Position numbers and translations under genes: made by a program. From assembly GCA_900617105.1 (NCBI GenBank), contig UYFQ01000493.1, forward strand, positions 1 to 39,797: a DNA stretch of 39,797 nucleotides. The letters run 5' to 3'. The notes under the pieces are model-generated. The model was not told where the DNA came from, ran no database searches, and saw nothing but the letters and a program-made list of their open reading frames with translations. The stretch is from Hydrurus foetidus (Eukaryota). Below are positions 33,990 through 39,797 of the stretch, in pieces (position 1 is the stretch's first letter; each line of letters begins with the position of its first letter).

Positions 33990-35720
33990 ATGAGTCTTAT
34001 TCCTCTTGTTCACCCTGGAATTGGCGGCACAGTTAGCGCTATCGCAGCTCTCACGAGTCTAGCGAATGATCGGCCACCGACAAATGTGATCAATCATGGT
34101 CTACCTGAATACGCTATTCTTTCTGCGGCAGCAACGGCGTCATTGAACATCATCTCCAGCTTCAGTCATGATGCGTATCAAGGAGAGGGTACACTGCGTC
34201 TCAGCTTCAACGCATCACTGACGCCATGGCAGGAAATGGATAAGAAGTCAACCTTCCTGCTTCCTGCTACTGCACTACCAGAGGGTACAAACTTGACGTT
34301 GGGATTTCTTGACAATTCTATGGTCCAATTGTGGCAGTTGCGCGGCAAGCCAACTAGCACAACGACGTACGCGATGCTTGTGGGGCTAGCTGGGCACGGA
34401 CATCAGATGCATGGAGCTCTCGCGATAGGCAGCAGGATTAGCGTTTCCACACCACCATACTTTCTGTTGGCAATGGAAGATCTAGAGAACGTTGCACTGC
34501 AGCACGCTGCCGCTTGGTCTGCGTCAGAAAGGAAGAGGCTGGAGGAAGCACGCGATGAGAGCATTGAGAGCGAGCACGTGGAGAAGCGGATCCGACTCGG
34601 TGTGCAGGACGACTTGGGAGTGCACAGCCAAGGTGAGAAGGTGCACGTGAAGGTGTTGATAGATTTAGAGGGTCGACCACATACGACGAGGGTTAAGACA
34701 GATTTAGCAGAGAGGGAGAAGAACTTGGGTGTGGTGTTCCGAGTGTGCGATGAGAGGAGATGGCAATTCATCATGGGAACTGAGTGTGTACTCCAGGTTG
34801 AGGAATATGCTAGGGTGATTAACGAACAGTCTACGCTACAGATTAGCGAACGAGACCCCGGATTCAAATGCTGCGGTCTGCTCGATAGGGTCTATGGTCT
34901 GAGCTTCTCAGTCGACATTCCGTTGCTCAAGAAACTGCTTACCGGTGATTTCGGTGGTCCCCTTGGGGATGCTTTGGACCTGCAAAAATTTGCTGGGAGG
35001 ACGGTCAAGATTCCAGTCGAGCTCACACCTTGCACACAGCAGAACAGAGCCCTAGTGGTGGCGATCAAGAACATGGAATTGGTATTCGTGATCTTCTACG
35101 GGTCTGCGTTTCACAAGTCGACCAACCGTTTTGTCGACCTGTTGGAGGGACTCCATCGGCCCCTGGAACTCGCACCGTCCGGATTCCTCCTGTACTCATT
35201 GGAGGTAGCGTTGTCAAAATTCTTTAGGACATTGCGCATGGCTACGACCACGTCTAATAAGACTCTCCGAGATGTCAGCAGTCCAACTGCATGCGCTGCT
35301 TATTTGAGCGCGGTGCTCAAGGACTTTGTGAGTGCACTCAACACACAAGAAAAACTGAATGAAGCCATGGCGAGGTACCAGCTGCTCGACTATCGAAGTC
35401 GTCTTGGTAATCAAACCAAGGGAGCCGCTGGAGCTTCCAAGACAGAGGCGAAGGCCAAAACGGCACCCTCTCCCGCAAGCATTGCAGTGACGAAGGCAGT
35501 GTGCGGGGAACATTTTGCGGGGCAACTGAAGGCACAAGATCCAAAAACGTCACGTACATTCTCCTGTACGTACGGCGACGGTTGCCGATTCGCTCACGAT
35601 GACATCAGCAGATGGACTGAAGACAAGAAGTCGGCGACTGCCGCTACCCTCGCGTACAGGTTCCGCCAGCCTTCATTGGATGCTCTCGGTAAGGTCAAAA
35701 ACGGCAAGACCCGTGTATGA
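33990..35720 (+). CDS. ORF1, Gag-like, with a C-terminal CCCH-like finger
   Basis: First ATG at 33990; lies before RT; C-x20-C-x5-C-x3-H (CGEHF...CTYGDGCRFAH). Confidence 0.75.
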   Translation: MSLIPLVHPGIGGTVSAIAALTSLANDRPPTNVINHGLPEYAILSAAATASLNIISSFSHDAYQGEGTLRLSFNASLTPWQEMDKKSTFLLPATALPEGTNLTLGFLDNSMVQLWQLRGKPTSTTTYAMLVGLAGHGHQMHGALAIGSRISVSTPPYFLLAMEDLENVALQHAAAWSASERKRLEEARDESIESEHVEKRIRLGVQDDLGVHSQGEKVHVKVLIDLEGRPHTTRVKTDLAEREKNLGVVFRVCDERRWQFIMGTECVLQVEEYARVINEQSTLQISERDPGFKCCGLLDRVYGLSFSVDIPLLKKLLTGDFGGPLGDALDLQKFAGRTVKIPVELTPCTQQNRALVVAIKNMELVFVIFYGSAFHKSTNRFVDLLEGLHRPLELAPSGFLLYSLEVALSKFFRTLRMATTTSNKTLRDVSSPTACAAYLSAVLKDFVSALNTQEKLNEAMARYQLLDYRSRLGNQTKGAAGASKTEAKAKTAPSPASIAVTKAVCGEHFAGQLKAQDPKTSRTFSCTYGDGCRFAHDDISRWTEDKKSATAATLAYRFRQPSLDALGKVKNGKTRV

Positions 35721-37823
35721 CTACCTGAGGAGAGTAAAGAGAAACTCAACAGGGTCAGAGAGGTGCTACCCATCATCCCGCTAGTGCTGATAGATGAGAT
35801 CAGTAGCATGGCGGATTCATATTTTTCTCGCTCAAGTCGGCTACCTCGCGCATATCTCGAAGCAGTGGTCAGCGAGGCAATCGCAGCATCGGATGAGCAG
35901 TATGGAATCGATGCAGCGGTAGCATGGGCAGGTGGCTACACCTTCCCGAGAGCCATGTTGTTGAGCGACATGAAGTGTTTTCAGGCTGCCCAACTGGACC
36001 TAGTGGTGATGGTACGCCGGAGATTGAAAATCTTATCCGGAGACAGGCTTAGTAGCGCGAGAGTGGAGCGCCTAAGGTCAGACAATCCCGAGAGGGACCT
36101 CCTTCATGACCTAGCGATTGGCATGCGAGTACCCCTGCCGACTGACTTTGTGCCGAACGGTACCCAACCATCAGCAGCCTTGAGGAGTACGTACCTGAAG
36201 GTAGACACCGCAGTGAATAAGATGCTTGGCAGTATTGTGGAACAGAGGTTGGCATTCCTATTACCAAAGGATTTAGCCGTACAATGCATACCCAACCTGC
36301 ATCTCGGAGCTGCACATTGGAACCCTAGTGGGCGGCCAATAGGAGACCTCACCTACGTTACCGGGACTCCTCTGAACAGTGAAGAAACCACCACAGCTGC
36401 AGCAGAGCGATATGGTGTGATCAAGCACCCGACTATCGCAGAGATAGTGCGCATGATGATGTCGTTTTGGGAGAAGGCTGTGGAGTCGAACGCAGCAGTG
36501 CAGTGGAGTCATCTACGTCTTTGGAAGATGGACCTGAAAGGAGCGTACACTCTTCTTTCGTTTCGTCCTGAGGATGCAGGCTTATTCGGTATGGAGATCA
36601 CCGGCGGCCTAGTCTACTTACAGATAGCTGGTATATTTGGATGGGCATGCACGCCGGCTGCCTTCCAAACTATCACTCGAGCCATCAAATGGGAGCTCTC
36701 GCACAGTCTGAGAAGCTCCATTGAGATGTACGTTGATGACATCATCGGCGTATGCTTCGAAGAAGATCTCGCGGAAGATCTCGTACGTGCCAGGGGAGTA
36801 TGTACGGACCTACTCGGATCCTCGGCAGTGGCAGATGATAAGACAGAGTGGGGAAGGCGATTGGATATCATTGGCTTCACGGTCGATCTAGACCTAATGA
36901 GTGTCACTATCTCGCGAAAGAATTTTCTTAACACCCTATACGGCTTCATGTCGATCGACCTGGAAGCATCTATTTCACTGCGTATGGTTCAAAGGCTAGC
37001 ATCGTGGGGGAGTAGATATGGGTCAATATGTCGAGCCATGCGGCCATTTAGTGCGGCCCTCCATAGAATGGCCGCAGGGAGAACCACACGCATGTCAACT
37101 TTTCTCGTGAACAGTGAGGCGAAGTTAGCTATCCGGCTGTGGCGCACCATGTTGGTGCTTGTACGTTTCGATGAGGCGAGGTACAGCAGGCCTATGCAGT
37201 CGTTTGTCAAAACGATGCCGGAGTACATCATCGAGTTTGATGCCTCCCTATCCGGAGTGGGTATTCTGTGGTATAAAAGAGTCAATGGCGCTGAGTTGTG
37301 TCTGGGTGGCAGCGCAGTGAGTCTCCGCGGTTTAAGTTTCGAGGGCGACTCCTCCTATCAGAATCTCTGCGAATTCATTGGCGCGATGCTTGGGCTGATC
37401 GGCTTAAGCAAACTCGGTATCAGAGGAGTAGACGTAACGATGAGGGGAGACAGCATTTCTGCCCTCACGTGGGTGAGTACGGAGAGATATAGAGGCGTGA
37501 ATGTCTCGAACGCCTCCATGGTGTTTACTATGCTCTGTATTAACCAAGAGCTAATCGTCAAGGAGTCTGTACACATACCTGGCAGTGATAATGGCAGATG
37601 TGACGCACTCTCTCGTCTGTGGGAGTCGGGGAAGACTATGAAAGAAGTGATGACGAGCATCGGACTTGAGAATAGCAGAGAGGTGGACCTCCAAGGTTGT
37701 CAGCATGTTCAAAACCTCCTCGCAAGTTGCGATCCGTCCATTAAATTTAATGCAGAAGCGGATTTCCTCGGTTTCTGGGGGGGCGTCAGGGACGCTTTGG
37801 AGGGGGTGGTCAACGGAGTGTAG
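35721..37823 (+). CDS. ORF2, DIRS-type reverse transcriptase plus RNase H, in frame with ORF1
   Basis: RT LWKMDLKGAY, FGWACTP, YVDD and IIGF; RNase H FDASLSGVG, QNLCE, RGDS and HIPGSDNGRCDALSR. Confidence 0.93.
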   Translation, partial: LPEESKEKLNRVREVLPIIPLVLIDEISSMADSYFSRSSRLPRAYLEAVVSEAIAASDEQYGIDAAVAWAGGYTFPRAMLLSDMKCFQAAQLDLVVMVRRRLKILSGDRLSSARVERLRSDNPERDLLHDLAIGMRVPLPTDFVPNGTQPSAALRSTYLKVDTAVNKMLGSIVEQRLAFLLPKDLAVQCIPNLHLGAAHWNPSGRPIGDLTYVTGTPLNSEETTTAAAERYGVIKHPTIAEIVRMMMSFWEKAVESNAAVQWSHLRLWKMDLKGAYTLLSFRPEDAGLFGMEITGGLVYLQIAGIFGWACTPAAFQTITRAIKWELSHSLRSSIEMYVDDIIGVCFEEDLAEDLVRARGVCTDLLGSSAVADDKTEWGRRLDIIGFTVDLDLMSVTISRKNFLNTLYGFMSIDLEASISLRMVQRLASWGSRYGSICRAMRPFSAALHRMAAGRTTRMSTFLVNSEAKLAIRLWRTMLVLVRFDEARYSRPMQSFVKTMPEYIIEFDASLSGVGILWYKRVNGAELCLGGSAVSLRGLSFEGDSSYQNLCEFIGAMLGLIGLSKLGIRGVDVTMRGDSISALTWVSTERYRGVNVSNASMVFTMLCINQELIVKESVHIPGSDNGRCDALSRLWESGKTMKEVMTSIGLENSREVDLQGCQHVQNLLASCDPSIKFNAEADFLGFWGGVRDALEGVVNGV

Positions 37824-37925
37824 GGTAGGGGGATAGGGAGGGATGGGATGAAGGGGGATAGAAAGGGATGGGATGAGGGGTGGAAGGGGATGGGAGAGGG
37901 TGAAAGAAGTAGGGATGAAGGCATA
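37822..37925 (+). repeat. Purine/G-run tract with G-quadruplex potential
   Basis: About ten runs of three or more G separated by short spacers, directly after the RT stop codon. Confidence 0.8.
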
Positions 37926-37980
37926 GGAGACGCTGTAATTGATGTAGCCTCATTACCACTCGATGTGGGTGGGGAACAAG

Positions 37981-38020
37981 TACTAACAGTTACATTATCC
38001 CTACACTCTGTTTGAAACAG
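37981..38020 (+). promoter_or_regulatory. Branch point and 3' splice site preceding the YR exon
   Basis: TACTAAC at 37981-37987, a pyrimidine-rich stretch, then CAG| ending at 38020. Confidence 0.75.
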
Positions 38021-39218
38021 GTCACTCAGGACTTACGGCCGAGGGTAAGGCTGTACTAGGGGACTTCCTGAGGAAGTCGGTCACAACGGGAACAGCGAAA
38101 ACATACGATGGTCAGTGGCATGGGTGGTGCGAATTCATCGACAACATAGAATGGGGGAAGGACCCATACATGAGAGAGGAGCGTGAGGATGATAAGGCGG
38201 CGCTAGTGGCTTTGTACCTACAGAGTCGGTACGATAAGGGAGCCCGTGGCAAGAGTGCGACATCAGTTACAGCTGGTCTGCGGCACTCCTTCATGACAGC
38301 ACTTCTGCCATGTCAATTCCTGGACTCACCTATTATTGTAGCAGCTCGGACGGCATGCAGACTGAGCACGACAGAGCTACGGGAGAAAAGGAACGAGGGT
38401 GCGAGTACCAGTGTGAAGCTCCTCTATGTGAGAGCATTCTGATCAGGATGAGGCACCGCTTATGGGTGAGTTGTGGGTGGGACCGGGGGGGGATAGATCA
38501 AAAGATGATCTACCTGGCAGCGATGTGGGCGTACAATATGGACGCACGGGTGAGTGAGTACACGGCACCGGAGAGAGGGGGCGAGGACCACTGTGTACGA
38601 GTGGGCGACCTAGATTTCGAGATGGTGTGTGGGGAGAGAAAGAGAGGGGGGCAGATGCTGCCTGGGTCAGAGTCAGTAGTCGCCTGCTGGGTGAAGGCGT
38701 CATCCCAGAAGACGGGCTCATTTATGAAAATGAAACTGATAGGGAGAAGGACCCCGGAAGAGGGTCAGTTCCTGGATGACCTCATAAGCTGGGTGACTCA
38801 CTCAGGGGTGACTGAAGCTGACAGACTCTTTTCTCGGTACACTGAGCTTAAATGCGGAAGAAGGTCGAAGAAAGAGCTCACTGCGAGGATGATAAGGGAC
38901 CAGATAAAGGAGACGTGCGCACTGGAGAACCTACCAGCTGAGCATTTCTCAAGTCACTCATTGCGCAAGGCCGCTACGACTCACATGCGGGCGCTTGGAG
39001 CATCGGAGGAGGATATGAGAGATAGAGGAGGGTATGCATCCGGATCGAGGGTGATGACATACACCTATGACTACTCGTCCGCGGGCCATGGGCCACTCTC
39101 CTCGAATGCACTAAACGGAGGTGCCCGCCCTGATGTTCAAGACATCCTGCGGTTTATACCACAAACAAGGAACACGGACAGGGCTCACCTTGGACTGTTG
39201 GGTGAAGGTGATCGCTAA
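38021..39218 (+). CDS. ORF3, tyrosine recombinase (no start codon of its own; one -1 shift at ~38420)
   Basis: N-terminal domain SVTTGTAKTYDGQWHGWCEF; catalytic motifs ARVSEY, SQKT, SHSLRK and RGGY..MTYTY. Confidence 0.88.
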
Positions 39219-39545
39219 CCTAGACCAGAACCCAGACCCACCGGTTGGCTGAGTAAGATCGAGCCGGCAGTGTTGGAGTCTTGGGGGAGGCGCCTGGGCA
39301 CACTAGTGCACCCTAAGTAGAAAATTTCAACGGTAACAAATACAACTGCCCCACATGAAATAGTAAGTACGTACGTTCCACTTTGTATCGACGGCTTTTT
39401 AGAGGCGCACGGACATCTTTAGTGACGTACAGACATCGCAACTGAGCATGAACGTACGTACGGACAGGTTGTGAGATCGTACGTACGTACGTTCAAATGT
39501 GAGAATGTGAACGGACGATCCGTAAGAAACGAAGATTGTGAATCC

Positions 39546-39575
39546 GGGTATGTACGTTCTATACCGTACATACCC
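39546..39575. other. Perfect hairpin, 11-bp stem with 8-nt loop
   Basis: GGGTATGTACG-TTCTATAC-CGTACATACCC. Confidence 0.8.
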
Positions 39576-39797
39576 ATATGCGAACCAGAGGGTCGGGACC
39601 GTTGTGACCTTGGAAGGCTAGAAAGAAGGGAGGTCTAAAGGCTAAAAGGAACTGATTAGTTAGGGATGCGAACAGAAGGTACGCTAGTAACTTCTGCAAA
39701 GCAGCACAAACTAGCTAGTGACTGATAGTCGTGGCTGTGAACACGAAGGTACTAAGGTGGAAACAGCATCTAATCGGCTGAATGGGGTAGCAGACCT

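Larger units (their letters stand above)
33990..39218 (+). mobile_element. Tyrosine-recombinase retrotransposon (DIRS/Ngaro-like); coding span only, termini not identified
   Basis: Gag-like ORF, RT-RNase H and tyrosine recombinase on the same strand; no DDE integrase or protease. Confidence 0.92.

Overview
Eukaryotic DNA with short GT-AG introns, probably from a stramenopile-like protist (inference). About 75% of it is transposable element. It contains three host genes: a DHRS12-like SDR fused to a lipocalin domain, ANKZF1/Vms1, and a PhyH-like 2OG-Fe(II) dioxygenase. The elements are one Ty3/Gypsy (1019-6884, minus strand), one PIF/Harbinger (7178-10369), two unrelated Ty1/Copia elements (20246-27084 and 27268-32858), a TA-target MITE nested in a Copia LTR, a non-autonomous hAT interrupted by the second Copia, and a tyrosine-recombinase (DIRS/Ngaro-like) retrotransposon (~33990-39218). 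Four observations stand out. (1) Both Copia elements lack a tRNA primer-binding site; the bases right after the 5' LTR are instead perfect 11-nt and 14-nt complements of a sequence inside their own LTR, the signature of Tf1-type self-priming. (2) The YR element appears to make three proteins from one start codon: Gag, Gag-RT/RH by UGA-CUA readthrough, and Gag-YR by splicing out the whole RT ORF. (3) The Gypsy joins gag and pol in frame across a single UAG followed by a stem-loop. (4) The Gypsy also has an IFDN RT motif, a CCCH Gag finger and TG...TA LTR ends. Everything was read by eye; no database searches were run.
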